Positions 30,178 through 43,966 of a stretch of DNA of 64,000 nt are shown here, piece by piece. A program made the position numbers and the translations under genes. Position 1 is the stretch's first letter. Each line of letters opens with the position of its first letter. This DNA is from Felis catus (Eukaryota): positions 131,566,001 through 131,630,000 of the forward strand of contig NC_058368.1 in the NCBI RefSeq assembly GCF_018350175.1, in the 5' to 3' direction. The notes below the pieces were generated by a model, which searched no databases, was not told where the DNA came from, and saw only the letters and a list, made by a program, of their open reading frames with translations.

Positions 30178-30699
30178 AATTCACTCACTCCTTAGCAGCA
30201 AAGACCACTCCTTTCCTGTTTATGCCCTGGCTTCGGGGCCAGAGGAGGGAGACCGATTTGGAGGTAGACAAGGTAAAAAGAGGATGAAGCAAGATAAATA
30301 AGAAGAAAATAAAAACCCCTTTCATCCCTGACTGAGAAAACTCCCACTGTATTTCTCACTAGCTGGCCCTGGGTAAGAAGGCCATGTTCACAGACACAGT
30401 CAAAACATTTTCTCAGATTGTGTCTAGATCAGCAAAAGTTGCGGCACAGCCACTGAGGTCTTCTGGACAGAGCCAGCCAGATGAGTCCTGGGTCTCCTCT
30501 GCCTGCACTGACTTACGACAGTTGCTGTCCCTTTAGGGTGCTGATTTTCTCCTTGGTATTAAAGCTAAGGGGGCCTCAAAGATGACTTTGCTGCTGTGGT
30601 CCCCAAATCTGTTTTAGCAGCAGAATCTTCCTTCAGTCAATGTGGAAAGTCAGATATGTAAGGCAGGTCAAAAGTGGCATTGCTGTGCCCTGCTTGGTA

Positions 30700-30702
<3 letters not shown>

Positions 30703-30747
<45 letters not shown>
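30703..30747. repeat. (GT)n microsatellite
   Basis: Read directly. Confidence 0.97.
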
Positions 30748-30751
<4 letters not shown>

Positions 30752-32111
30752 TCACACATCAGGGGCAGGTGTCTGTCGAGCCAGGTGTCCTTGGACTTCC
30801 TTCCCAAAATGACTTCTGAGACACGGCTAAAGAATCCCTAGGGCTTCATGGCACAGAACATACTGATTCAGCACAATTTCCTCGTTTTGTCTTTTAAGAT
30901 TTAGAGGATTTCAAGCGACTTTACAGGCAACCTGGTTGAGTATGCGAGAAGAGTTAGCATTCAGGCAGACCAGGATGGAGTACCATCTTCTGTAACCTGG
31001 ATGGCATTACTTCACTGTCTGAATCTCAATGCCCTTCTCTGTAAACTACCTGTGATGCTCACCGTGCGGTAGTTGAGAGGATTTGGGGGGGGTGGGGGGG
31101 GGGCAAGGATGTGACTCCCCAGCCTGTAGAGGACGCTGTGTCAGTCCAAGGCTGCTCTAAGCCTGGAAACCATGGCTATGGCTCCCTAGTCTGGTGTCTA
31201 TTCTATCAAACACACCACATCTCGAGAATGAAAGGAGCACAGCACGCAGGCTAGAAGCAACCCGGAGGAGCCGACAGTCTCCAGGAGACCCTAAGAGATA
31301 ATGCTGTGGCTGGTGGGCTGAGGGTTGGGAATCCTTTTCCGGCACTGTTTTTACGGCGCCTGTGTCTCACTTCATCTCCTTCTCACCACTACCTTCTGTT
31401 AGTGGCTGCTGACAGAGTGAAAGTGAGGTCTAAGTAGGAAAATGTGCGAGGCAGTATCGTGTGATGGCAAAGAGCTTTGACTCGACATCGGATTAGACTG
31501 GGACAAAGTCCTAGCTTTAGCACTTACAAGTGATGTGTGCGGATGGATATGCAAATTGCCTCCCAGGGTGGTAGATGTCAGGCTGGCACGCCGGTGTCAC
31601 TACACCGACTTTGGAGCTCCACGGCCTGTGTTCAAATCTCAGCCCTGCCTTTTACAGATAGTGTAACTACCTGATGAAGGTAGCTAACTGTCCTTCTCTG
31701 CCTCAGTTTCCTCATCAGCAAAATGGGTTTATAACTAATGGGACTGAATCAGATGACACCCTAAGGACGGAGTAAGTGAACATACATCAAGCACTCACAA
31801 GGCTGAGTAGCATGTAGTAATGCTATTATGAAATTCAGATTCGTGTGAGTATAATTATTAATAAGACATTCAAAATTCAGGTTAGGATACACTCACATGA
31901 AAAATAAATTTATTCATCAAATATTTTTCAAATCATTATTTCGGTTGAAATACATTTTTGTTGCCCTTAGTTCCTTTCATTATGTTTGGGGGAATTTTCC
32001 AGGTTGAGGCTTCCCAGAATGCTATCAAAAGCCTTCTTCTTTAATACCTTAACAACAATACAGATAGGTGAGGGTTTAAAAGCACTTAAGTTTAGAAATA
32101 TTTTCTTTGTA

Positions 32112-32260
32112 GGGGGGTAACCTCAGTGGCTCAATCGGTTAAGATCCGACTTCAGCTCAGGTCATGATCTCACGGTTTCCTGAGTTAGCCCCCACATTGG
32201 GGGCTCAGAGCCTGGAGCCTGCTTTGGATTCTGTGTCTCCTTCTCTCTCTGTTCCTCCCC

Positions 32261-32301
<41 letters not shown>

Positions 32302-32355
32302 CCTCCCTCTCTCTCTCTCCCCCTCAAAAATAAACAAACAATAAAAATTTTTTAA
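32112..32355 (+). mobile_element. CanSINE with expanded (CT)n and TSD AAAT.TTTTCTTTGTA
   Basis: Read directly. Confidence 0.92.
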
Positions 32356-33284
32356 ATGTTTTCTTTGTATGAATCAAACTGTATTCCTCATAAACGATGT
32401 AATATTTACAAAATCTTTTGGCCTAGCTCTGGCAAAAGGCTGTGAGACATTGGACAAGTCTGTTAAATTCTCTGTACACCTCACTGAGAGGGCTGCATTG
32501 AATGACTTCTGAGTCCTGGTTTCATCATTCCAGTGTTCTGCGTTAATTCACTCAGAATCACAGACTTTGTTTATAGAACTAAGCTGTAAAACAAAAAACA
32601 AAAGCATCATGCATGGTTTGATGATTGAATTTGAGAGAGAATTTATTGAGATGTGAACCTATGATCGCAAGAAGAATCTTAGTTTCCTAATGGCTTCTGA
32701 GAATGATATAATCACTGTCCTAGAGATTCGTACCTAGATTTCAGATTTCTCCCTCCAGCAATTAGTTTCCTGCTCCCTAGTTTTCTCTCCTTTTCTCCTC
32801 CCATCTCTCCTCATGTTATTTTTCCCTTTTTTTAGTCTGTTTTCGTTTTGTTTGACCATTTGACTTTTCTGCTCCATTTTTCCCAGTCCCCCCTTGGAGC
32901 TGGTTCTTGTCTGTTCTCTGTTCCGTTTGCTAGGAAGTTGGGAGGGCGGGGAGAGGGAGAATACAGATTCACAGCTCCATCAGTAACGCCTCGCTTCCAC
33001 ACTGGGGCTGAGACAGCAGCCAGTACGTGGGGTGGGAGAGTATGGAAATGCATGGAGGCAGCCCTCACAGCTTTCTTAATCCACATGATGGAGGAGGTCT
33101 TATTAGTACAAGAGGCCTGGTTGGCAGCCATTCCAAGCCACCCACTCTGCCCTGTATGTTCCCTTTCTACTACAGGTGTTTTTGCTTTCAAAATTTTAAC
33201 CCTCACCGGTCAAATCATGAAAGGGGATTATGTGTGCCCCAAAAGAATACGCCAGCCATCAAAGGGAAGGAAGGGAGAACAATT

Positions 33285-33722
33285 CTGAATTAGTCTGTGC
33301 TAGGGCTATAGTAACAAAATGCCACACACTGGGTAGATTAAACCTCAGATTTGGAGGCTAGATATCCAAGATCAAGGTACAGAGAGGATTGGCTCCTTCT
33401 GAGGACTGGGAGGAAGAATCTGTTCCTCTCTTCCAGTTTCTGGTGATTTGCTGGCAATGCTGGTTGTTCCTTGGTGTGTTGAAGCATCTGTCTTCGTCTT
33501 CAGTGTCCTTCTCCCTGTGTGTGTCTGTGTGCACATTTTGTCTTTTTATAAGGAAACCAGTCACACCGGATTAGGGGCCTACCCTACTCAGCACGGCCTC
33601 ATGCTAATGTAACTAATTCTATTTGCAATGATCTATTTCCAAATAAGATCTCATTCTGAAGTAGTGAGAGTTAGGATTTCAACAGAAGAATTTGGGGCTG
33701 AGGAGGCATAAATTAACCCAGC
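33285..33722. mobile_element. MaLR LTR (MLT1B/C-like)
   Basis: GCTAGGGCT..AGTAACAAAATGCCACACACTGGGT, TCCAAGATCAAGG and GTTAGGATTTCAACA motifs. Confidence 0.8.
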
Positions 33723-35637
33723 AGATTCCCTTGACCCATCTGTACGAATTCTCTTCACACTTTGGGTTGTTGGGCCCAGTGGGAATGGAGGTAGAGTTTT
33801 GCCCAGCACTTGGTACATTCTCTCAACACTTCCCCACCACAGACCTCCCCGTGCCCAGTGCTTTATCATTAGACCTTAGCTGATATTAGGGGTGGGGTTT
33901 GTGACCATGGAGAAGAATGCTTTCTATATGAAATGGATGTGATCACAAAGGTCCTGAATCCCTGGTGTGGTTAGCACTTGGCAGTGACTAATTTAACTAC
34001 TAATGTGTCAACATGGAACACACCAAGGTGGTACAAAAATCCAACCGCAGGAGAGGACGTTTGGGTGGGGATAGAGGAAGCACGTGACAGTCCACATACA
34101 AAGTGTTCACCTTCTCTGGTCTTCATGGCTAGAACTGGCCAGGCACTGTTCCCTCAGCGGTACTAACACTATTGCTTAAGGACCGGAGGCCTACTCTGGA
34201 AACAAGTGACATAGTAATGACTCACATCAACTTAAAGAACCATGCTATTATCAGTGACAAGATGACAGGTGGCATGGAATCTAGACAAGGGCTCTCCCGT
34301 GGCCTGTTGAAGTTAGCCTTTTTATGCTTGGAAAAGATAGCAGCCTAATGACCTTCACCCTGTTAGAGCCTTCTTAACAGATGTGCCTATTAGAGAGAAA
34401 ACGAAATCTAAAATGAACTTGAGGAAAATTTGTTGTCACTTTATTATTTATATGGGGAGGTGCAAGAGAGGACGGCCGTGTTTCATGCATGCTTGCACCC
34501 TGGGAGACATGTCAGTGAGGATACGTCTGTTTTGTTTGTTCACTGACTTTACGCGGCATTGTAAAATCTATTCTGACAAAGACTTAGGTTAAGAATTGAT
34601 CAGTCCGATTAGCTGATTTTTTATGACTTATCTATTACTTTGGACCATTATTTTTTTTTCTAACTGTGAAACCAGTATGTTGTTTTTAAACAAGAGAAGA
34701 CTTTAAAATAAAGCACACTGACGACTGATTTCTGAAGTATAGATGTTCATTATTACAGCAGGTCGGCAGGCAGTGTGTATTTTAGAACTGCTCCAAGTAA
34801 TTATGTTTAATGAAAGATGTTTGATAAAATATTGCCCTGACGTCTGTCTGGTTGGATGCTGAATAGTTAAATAATGATTTTCCATTAAGATCACCTTTAA
34901 AAATCACTCTTGATATTTTTAGCCCTTGAAGGGTTAGTTACAACTCCTCTAAAAAGCTGTCTACATAAAGCACAGCTCGAGAGCAGTAACTATATTCATT
35001 TATTTCCTCTGCTCTACAAGACGTGACTTTAAAAAAAAGGAAAAACCACATGAATAACACTTAATTGCTTGTCTCTATACATATATGCACCTATGTATAT
35101 TGCTGGTCTATATGTATACGTGTATTTATATATAAACAAATACTAAAATTTGTGAAGTAGACTCTTGTTAGCATAAAGTGTCTGAGCCTTTAAACAAAAG
35201 AGCTGATTCCGGTTAACAAAAATCAGTATGTGCAGCTATAAGTAAACTCCTCGTCTATATGGATTTAATGGAGTTTGAGCAAAAGGGTCAAATATATACT
35301 AACCCAGAAGTCAAACCCCTAGTGTATTCTTCAGTCCCCAATTAAGTCAGTTCATAATAAGCCCCCCTCACCCTTATTTTCAGCACCAATTCTCTCTCTC
35401 TCTCTCTCCCTCCCTCCCTCCCTCCCTCCCTCTCCATTTCTGAGGTTACCCTCTTAGTTCACAGTTGGTACCCCCAGGCCATCAATCACAACACTATCTC
35501 TCAGTTGGTCCCCTCACTATCAGTCTCTCACCTCTTCTTTGCAATTCACTCACTGGTTCTAGGCTAATCTGCCTATAATTTTCCTCTGATCTTGCTACTT
35601 CTTTGATTTAAAACTTCAAGCCAATACCCATTTCCTA

Positions 35638-35965
35638 AAGCAGTGTTTCTTCAAATGTGATCTCTGGATTCCCAGTCTCAGAATCATCTGGCTTGCCTTC
35701 AGACCCAAAGAACCAAAATGTCTGGGGAGCAAGACGTGGAAATTCAAATTTTTAACAAGCACCACCCCATCTCCCAAGAGATTCTTGAACATGCCAAATA
35801 CGAGGCCTGTCGGCCTGAAGCAGTGATTCTCAACTTGGCCTGCACACTGGAATCACCTGGGAAGCTTTAAAAAATTGCTGGTGCTTGAATTTCATCCCTA
35901 GAGTTTTTGATTTAAACTATCTGGGATGCAGCCTGGGCATTCGGATATTTTTTAAAGCTCCCCAA
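35638..35965. mobile_element. Two MER5-like hAT-Charlie MITEs
   Basis: CAGTG.TTCT..AA termini, AGAATCA.CTGG and TTTTAACAAGC motifs. Confidence 0.7.
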
Positions 35966-37339
35966 GTGAGCATATGTATCAAAATGGCTTACGTTTGGCT
36001 ACATTTAACAAAAAATTCAAAGAAGTAGTTGTTTAAAGATACCAGAGTTTATTCTCACACAGAAAAGGAGCCCTAGAATGGAATTTAGAACACGGAATCA
36101 CTGTTCTGTTGCCCATTCTTAGCATATGGCTTCCACCCTCAACCTGACTTGATGATGCAAGATTATGACAGGAGCTCCAGCCATCAGTCCAGAATAGAGG
36201 ATGAACGGGGGAAAGGCTATGCTTCCCAGAGGGGTCAGCTCTTTCTAAGTAAACCCAAACAAAACTTCTAGAACTGCATCACGTAGTCATACCTAACTGC
36301 AGAGGAGACCAGGAAGTGTATTCTTCTCTGACACCTTAAATAGAAGGGAAAGGAGGAGAATGGATAATGGCCAACAACCAACCATCTCAGTCATAGCACC
36401 CAAGCTGTATTCCTGGACTATTCTTTTACTATCTGACTCTTTACTTACTCAAACGGATCTACTTCTTATTCCCTAACAGTATCTAAAGGATGGTCCTCTC
36501 CTATTAGTCCACATCTATGGGTTCTCTCTATAAAAGCCTACCTTTGAACCATTAAAAAAAAATCATTTAGCCTCCTGAATGTCAAGGTCTTACGTGCAGT
36601 CTCATTACAGCCTACATGCTCCTCACACAGAAATCCACAACAGAAGAATCCCAAAGGGATTAACAAGATTTGGCCGCTTTTAAATAGACCCATGGAAAAG
36701 ATAAGAGGTGCAGGAACCTCTTGGGAAAGCAGGAAGTTAAGCAAGGTACGTTTGAGTATAGTTTTCATAAGACAGGAGTATAGTTTGAGTATAGTTTCCA
36801 CAAGACAGGAAGTGAAACGAGACAAAGTCTACAAGGAGTGTAGGCAATGGCACTCAAGAAAACCTGGGTGGCTTAGTCGATTAAGCATCCAACTTTGCCT
36901 CAGGTCATGGTCTCACTTGCTCTCTCTTATTCTTTCAAAATAAATAATAAATTAATTAATTAATTAATTTAAAAAGAAATCATTTAGAATACATCTACCT
37001 GAGATTGAGTGATGCTCTTTTTGGAACAATTTCCTTTAATAAATCAAAGAAAGAATTTCATCAAGGAGTTAAAATCTGATGAACTATTAAGAATAAAAGG
37101 TAGAGAGGCAGCATTTTCTGGATATAGGGATAAGCTGTAAAATGACCTATGATCTAGATTATAATAAAATCATTAAGAAAAATTGAACTTGAAAATCATG
37201 TCATATAAACCATGTTATACAGCAGTTAGGTCATAAAATGCATTTAACCCATAACTTCCAAAATTATAAACCTATGCAACATATGATGGCATATTCTTTG
37301 GGGAAATATATTCATTTGTAACTCTGGAAGTATCCTCCC

Positions 37340-38100
37340 TTTCTGGACAACTATTTATAGAGCATCCACCATATGCCACGTGCTTTTCTAGGTGCTGCAG
37401 ATACAGCAGTTCTGAACAAAATAAAGAAGGTTCCCGCCTTCATGGTAAGGATGATCAAGAAATGCTGTGGGTCTGAATGTTTGTGACTCTGCACCACTCC
37501 TACGTTGAAATCTGAATGTCCAAAGTTATGGTACCAGTAGGTAGGGCCTTTGGGTGGAGCTTCAGTTATGAGGTTGAAGCCTTCATGAATGGGATTAGTG
37601 CCTTTATTAAAGGGGCTCCAAAAAGATCCCTAGCCCCTTCTACCATGTGAGGACACAGTGAGAAAGCACCAGCTGGGAACCAAGAAGAGAGCCCAGGAAG
37701 AGAGCCCAAACATGACGATGCTGGCACCTTGGTCTTAGACAGCCCACCCTCCAGACCAATGAGCAATACATTTCTGTTGTTGGAAGCCACCCAGTTAATG
37801 GTGTTTTGTTATAGCAGCCTGAATGTATTGAGAAAAAACAAAACAGGAAGAAGAAAGTACAACTGAGAGATTGACAAATGCAATGAAGGAAATAGAGTCA
37901 TACAATTAAAGAATGATGGATGCAAGGTAGGGAGTTATTTTCAGATAGGGTTTTCAGAAAGGCCCCTCTGGAATGTGACATGCTAACTTGGTATCTGATC
38001 TTGAGAAGGGGCCAGTCACGTGATGATCTGTGAGAAAAGCACTTTAGCCAGAGGCAAGAGCAAGTGTAAAGGTCCAAAGACAAAGTGACATTGTCATGTC
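37340..38100. mobile_element. L2 fragment (-) interrupted by an MLT1A-like LTR (~37463-37832)
   Basis: TGCTGTGGGTCTGAATGTTTGTG ... TTTTGTTATAGCAGCCTGAAT LTR ends; L2 motifs on both sides. Confidence 0.75.
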
Positions 38101-39164
38101 TGGGGGAGAAAAAGAAAACTAGATTATCAGTTTGGAATTGTCTTCAGCTTCAAGTAACATAGACCAGATTTCAGTGACTTAAACAGAGAAGAGTTTATTT
38201 TCTCTCATAATTAAAAACTCAGGGGTAGGGGATAGGAAGCATTGGTTCATGATCCCAAGATATCAGATATGAGATATGAGATTTTCTGAAATACTTCAGG
38301 CCTTTTCCTCAAGGTGCCAAGAATCCTGCTTAGCTCTAGAAGCTGTGTCTATGTTCCCAGGAGGGAAGAAAAGGCAAACACATGGGACAATTAAGTGCAT
38401 CCCTTTCAGAAGCCTCATACAGCAACTTCTATGAACATAATTTTGTTCAAGATCATGTCATGTGGATCTCCCAACCACAAGTTTCATGATTTCATTTGCA
38501 TACATCTCTCGCCATACTAACTGTCCAGTAAGGACAAAAGTTTCCCAATCTGTAAGCCAAAGTGATGCTTCCTGAGGCCCAGGACAGGATCTTTAGCAAG
38601 ACTGGGGAAGGGTAGGGAGCTTGGACATGAGACGTGGGAAAAGAGCTACAGTGGGGAAAAAGAAGTAGGAGGAGATCCCTGAACATCTACCCACTCTTTT
38701 CTGCCCATGTTCTTATTGGGGTGTTCATCGAACTCTGAACTACCTACTTGAAGCAGGCACTGTGCTAGGTTCTGGAAATGTCAAAATAAATAAAACACAG
38801 CCTCTGCCCTTGTGGAACTTATGCGCTAGCATCTGTGTAGAGACAGACATGTAAACAAATTATTGCAGAACAGGGTCATCGATGCTGTGATAGAAGTATG
38901 CAGATGATACAAGAGAGGCAGAAAGGACACAGCTATTAGCTCTGCTTGAGTGGGAGTAGCCAAGAAACAAGACTTCATAAAGGGATGGTAGCACTTTGAC
39001 CAAACTTTGAAGAACAAGTAATGAGTAAATGAGTAAATGCTCCTGTCTTGAACCGAGGGACAATAGAAATAGCAATGTCAATGTGCTGTACCCTTTGCAC
39101 ATATCACTTCATGAGTACATGAGTTCATCTGAATATTTACTTAGGACCCAGTGAGATGTTTCTC

Positions 39165-39321
39165 AATGTTTATTTATTTTTGAGAGAGCGCGCGTGAGCT
39201 GGGGGGAAGCAGAGAGAGGGGAACAGAGGATCTGAAGCAGGCTCTTTGCTGACAGTAGCAAGCTTGAACGGGGCTTGAACTCACAAACCATGAGTTATGA
39301 ACTGAGCCACCCAGGCACCCC
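39165..39321 (-). mobile_element. CanSINE, internally deleted, TSD CAGTGA.ATGTTT
   Basis: Read directly. Confidence 0.88.
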
Positions 39322-39608
39322 CAGTGACATGTTTTAAAGCCTCATATTTTGGCTAAGAAATCCATTTACCTAAAAGTCGCAGAAATTAGACCACAGGGGC
39401 CTAATCATAGAGCCAATATGTAGAAAGGTGGGAGGCGAGGTTACCTTGGCAGTGGTCCCGCCAGGACTATAGTCTTTGGGATTCTTTGGACTTTTCCTTT
39501 ATGCTTCCATGATAGTGGATTCATCCAGACCAACCGAGCCTTCATAGTTCCCTTCTGAATCTAGATAAGGTACACCTGGAGGCTTTCTGGAGCACCCAGA
39601 ATACCAGA

Positions 39609-39653
39609 TTTTTTTTTAATGTTTAATTCTGAGAGAGAGACAGAGAGACAAAA

Positions 39654-39699
<46 letters not shown>

Positions 39700-39856
39700 G
39701 GAGGGGCAAAGAGAGAGGGAGACACAGAATCCGAAGCAGGCTCCAGGCTCTGATCTGTCAGCGCAGAGCTGGACACGAGGTTCGAACTCACGAACTCTGA
39801 GATCATGACCCGAGCTGAAGTCAGACCCTTAACTGACTGAGCCACCCAGGAGCCCG
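39609..39856 (-). mobile_element. CanSINE with (GA)n tract, TSD AGAATACCAGAT
   Basis: Read directly. Confidence 0.94.
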
Positions 39857-40707
39857 AAGAATACCAGATATTTTTAAAATTTTCATTTTGTAGTAAATTT
39901 AGATTGAGAAAGTTGAGACATTTGGTTAATTGGTGGGTCTGGGGTTTGAACACTGGTCTCTCTGGTAGCAGAATCTTTATTCTTGACACTCTGCCAGGTG
40001 GTTCCCCAGACAGCCCCCTTCTTTCTTGGAGCAGTCCCAGAATTGGCCTACTTGCTTTCCTTCCCTTTCACTGCCACCAAATATTATTTCCACTCAATGT
40101 CTCTCTCCTCCCCTGGACACACTTCAGGACAAGGACCTCTTCAGCTGGCACACAGCTGATTTGAAGGCTTTTAAGGTTTCCTCAGCTAGTAAGAAGAGGA
40201 AAACAAGCAAGCAAGAAAAATAACACAATGATGGTCTCTCTGAAGCTTCCAGTGGAATGTGAATGGATTTGGGCTCTGCATTCTGGAGGCCTCAGCACTT
40301 CTCCCTGAGCCCCGACTTTTTCAGACTTTCTTCCTCCATGCTATGTGTACTCAGATCGCTCCATCCTTGGACACCTTCTTTCCTGTCTGTTTGTCCACAC
40401 AAGTCATAAAAATGAGGACGTAGAATCAGACTTTTTCCCCGGTTGGGTAGGCTGAATTCTGGGTTTCAAGAACCAACCTGCTTCTTCCCCAGCAGAGGAC
40501 ATTTGAGTAGGAGTGGGACACCCCATTACCACAGTGACATTGGCCACATAGCTCCACTCCAAAACATCAGTGCATACAAGGGGTTCAAGAGAAATGGAAG
40601 TGAGAAATGGTACCAAATGTGCCAGGGCTCAAAGGAGAGCCAACTTCCCACTGTGGTGACAGGTACATGCAAGAGAGTAACAGTGACACTGGATAAAAAG
40701 ATGGGAA

Positions 40708-41171
40708 GGGGCGGCCTGGGAGGCCCAGTGGGTTAAGCGTCTGACTTCAGCTCAGGTCATGATCTCATGGTTTCGTGAGTTTGAGCTCCATATTGGACTC
40801 TGTGCGGACAGCTCAGAGCCTGGAGCCTGCTTTGGATTCTCTGTCTCCCTCTCTCTCTGCCCCTCCCCTGTTCGTGCTCTGTCTCTGTCTCTGTTTCTCT
40901 CTCAAAAATAAATAAACATTAAAAAAAAAAAGCGGGGTGCCTGGGTGGCTCAGTCGGTTAAGCGTCCGACTTCGGCTCAGGTCATGATCTCACGGCTCGT
41001 GAGTTCGAGCCCCACGTCGAGCTCTGTGCTGACAGCTCAGAGTCTGGAGCCTGTTTCAGATTCTGTGTCTCCCTCTCTCTCTCTGACCCTCCCCCATTCA
41101 TCCTCTGTCTCTCTCTGTCTCAAAAGTAAATAAACATTAAAAAAAATTGTTTTTTAAATAAAAAAAAAAAA
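40708..41171 (+). mobile_element. Two tandem CanSINEs (plus strand)
   Basis: The second head (GGGGTGCC at ~40934) follows directly on the first poly-A tail. Confidence 0.94.
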
Positions 41172-42189
41172 GGAAGGGAAGAACTCAAAAGGAACAAGAA
41201 TGGGAAGAGATTATAGACCAATCTCAAAACACCACTTCTTAAAATACCCAAATCCCTTATCAGTGAATGCACAAGAGCTCCAGTCTCCCTAGCAAAGGGA
41301 GTTTAAAATCACCGGAGTCATTATCCACCTTGCTCCCCCTTGTCAGAATGCCAGTTTTTAGCCAGAATGATGGCTTGTTAGAGCTTCAGACTCTGATTGG
41401 ACTGTTTTATTCTCTTAGTGGGTCTACTTTTGAAGCATTTCAATTTGACTTGGAATTTCTATTTCCATTCTTGCCATCTATTCCCTGAACTGAGGAATTG
41501 GGTGATGCCGTTTTTTTTTTTCATCTTTTGCAGATATTCGGGATCCATAAACAGATCATTTCTGATTTTTCATCTTTTGCTATCATTCCTATCACTGTGT
41601 CACTCTTGAAATTCTTATCTTAGAATTAAAGAATAAACCACTCCCCCTCACCTGCACCAAAACATTTCTGATATATGTGTCTGAGATGGAAATTTATTAG
41701 GCAGAAATAGAGTTCCTAAAATTGTTGCAGGTGTGTAGTTTCTTGAATTATACATCTCAAACATTTTGGGGTTTGTGTCATTATATTTGTTCAAAAGGAT
41801 TTTTTTCAGTTGTTCCACTCCTGTCTGTCCTTACTCTAATCCAAAAGCAGCAGGTGGGGTAAGAAATCAGTAATGGGAAAGTCAAGGATAAATCTTAATC
41901 TTAAGACCACTGTTCTTACTAGCACTTTCTTAACTTCCATAAAAATCTACTCATTTTGATTTCATAATAATCCTTACCCCAAAATAGTTGCTGGTGTACA
42001 AAGACCTTCTCTTTGAGGACCACTACAGAATTTTCCACCCCCAAATGAGCTAGGTAAGACAACTAACTATAAAGGATCAGACCCTTTCTGTGGGTATGAT
42101 TTGGGAATGTGTAGTTTGGGTAAGTACAGCTGTCCCCTCCATGGAACACAGAAATAGCCTGAGAGGTGAGTGGCAGCAAGCTTCTAAAT

Positions 42190-42234
42190 TGAGTATGTTA
42201 AGGTTTTTCAGAGAAAGAACCAATAGGATATATG

Positions 42235-42273
<39 letters not shown>

Positions 42274-42558
42274 CGCACGTATAAAGTGGAGAATTGATGT
42301 GGAGAAGAAATTGATGTCCCAACTCAGTAGCCAGGAATAGAGAATTCAAACTTTCTTAACCTTCTCGTTCTTTTCAGGCCCTCAATGGATTGGGGGATGG
42401 CTACCCACATTAGGAGGGCCATCTGCTTTACTCTACCAATTCCAACACTAATGTCTTCCAGAATGACTCTCACAGACACACAGAGAAATAATACGCAACC
42501 AAATATCTGGGTATTCTATGGCTCAAACAAGTTAAAACATCAAATTAACCATCACACT
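42190..42558. mobile_element. MLT2-like ERVL LTR containing a (GT)n(GC)n tract
   Basis: CAGAGAAAGAACCAATAGGATATAT start; TTCAGGCCCTCAATGGATTGG and AAATTAACCATCACA end motifs. Confidence 0.8.
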
Positions 42559-43966
42559 GAGCCAGTTCCCTTGATCATAGCAGATGGCTAAAAGCCCCAC
42601 AACTCTTAATTCTCAGAGTGTAGCTGTGGGGAGATCACCTGTGGACATTTGGGAAGCCTTCTGTATGGGCAGTAAGGGGAGATACTTGAGGAAGCCCCTA
42701 CCAGTCAGCATATGGTCAGGCATCAGAACATTATTCACCCTTCACCAGGGAGGAACTACGTGGTCAACAGTAGGTTCTGAAGGAGATTGCTGGATCTTCC
42801 CGACTGGGTGACTCCCATGAACATTTTTCACCATAAGTCATGTTTTCTTACTCTCTGAATTTTGAGCTCAAATGGCTGCATCTGTTTTAGTACTGTACCA
42901 TCACTGAATAATGAGGAAACTGCTCAGATTATTTTAGGCCACACCATGTACCATAATGCAAAATCACTCGGCAAATGTTCTCTCCATAAAAACAAGCCTT
43001 ATCAACTGTTTTTATATTCATAGATTCAATCTTTTGTTTTCTGAGGATGAAATATGTTTCAAGTTACCAAGTCTGTTCAGACTAGAGTGCCTTTAAATTC
43101 TTCTCTAAATTTCAGTATTAGGTTATTATACAGGGCACCACTGTAGCTCTGACATGACAATGTGAAGGGAGTTCAGGTACCTATTTAGGTGTCATCTTTG
43201 CAAAAGAAATGTCATCACGGTTCATTCTGGGACAGTCTTGCTTCACGCTTCAGTATTCTCAGGGCATTCTCCAACTTCAGGCAAGGAAACTCTGTGGGCC
43301 ATGAGGGGGAAAGATGTAGGAAAGGGCAACGATGTAGCCGAAGAGAAAGTGAGTTAGAAGAAATTTGTTCTTTGGGAACCATGCCGATTCAAGAGTTGGT
43401 ATTGACAAGAGATAAAGGAATGAAGTGAAGAGAAAATAAAGGCAACTATGCAATCACAGGGTTAGGGGTCAGAGGACATTCAAGCTTTCCAAACTCAAGT
43501 CCATCACAGGCCCAGAAGGCAGTGTGAGAAAGAGAGCATGGGCCTGCATGTCTGAAACAGGCTTCACTGACTGCCGGTTCCCTGTGCAAGAGTGGGCCAA
43601 ATGTGCCATACTTGCAACCTGTTTGTTTCTTAACAAGCTCCAGGAATTCATGTTTATGTGTCAAATATCAATTTTAAAATATTGGCCAACAGAAAGATTC
43701 TGCTGACTACAAGTGGCCCTCAGCTATCAGTGTCTATCTCTGTTACTTATCGCCTGCTTCCAGCTCAGAATATTTGCAGGCTGTTGGATGTGAACAATAA
43801 GAGAAATACAAGGATGTCTTACCATTTGGGTTTGGCTTTAGTAACTGTGACCTGTATTACCTCTTAATTTCTTTGTTGCTTTCGGAATGGCACAATGTCG
43901 ATGCTAAAATTTGTTATTACCTGTCACCTCGTTATAAAAGTAACCAAATATAGAAAAGTATTTTAT

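Noticed and set aside
32848..33288. 146-aa ORF after a long pyrimidine tract as a cryptic exon or gene
   Set aside because: Non-ATG start, no similarity to R7BP or any protein I recognise, and overlapping ORFs in several frames indicate chance.
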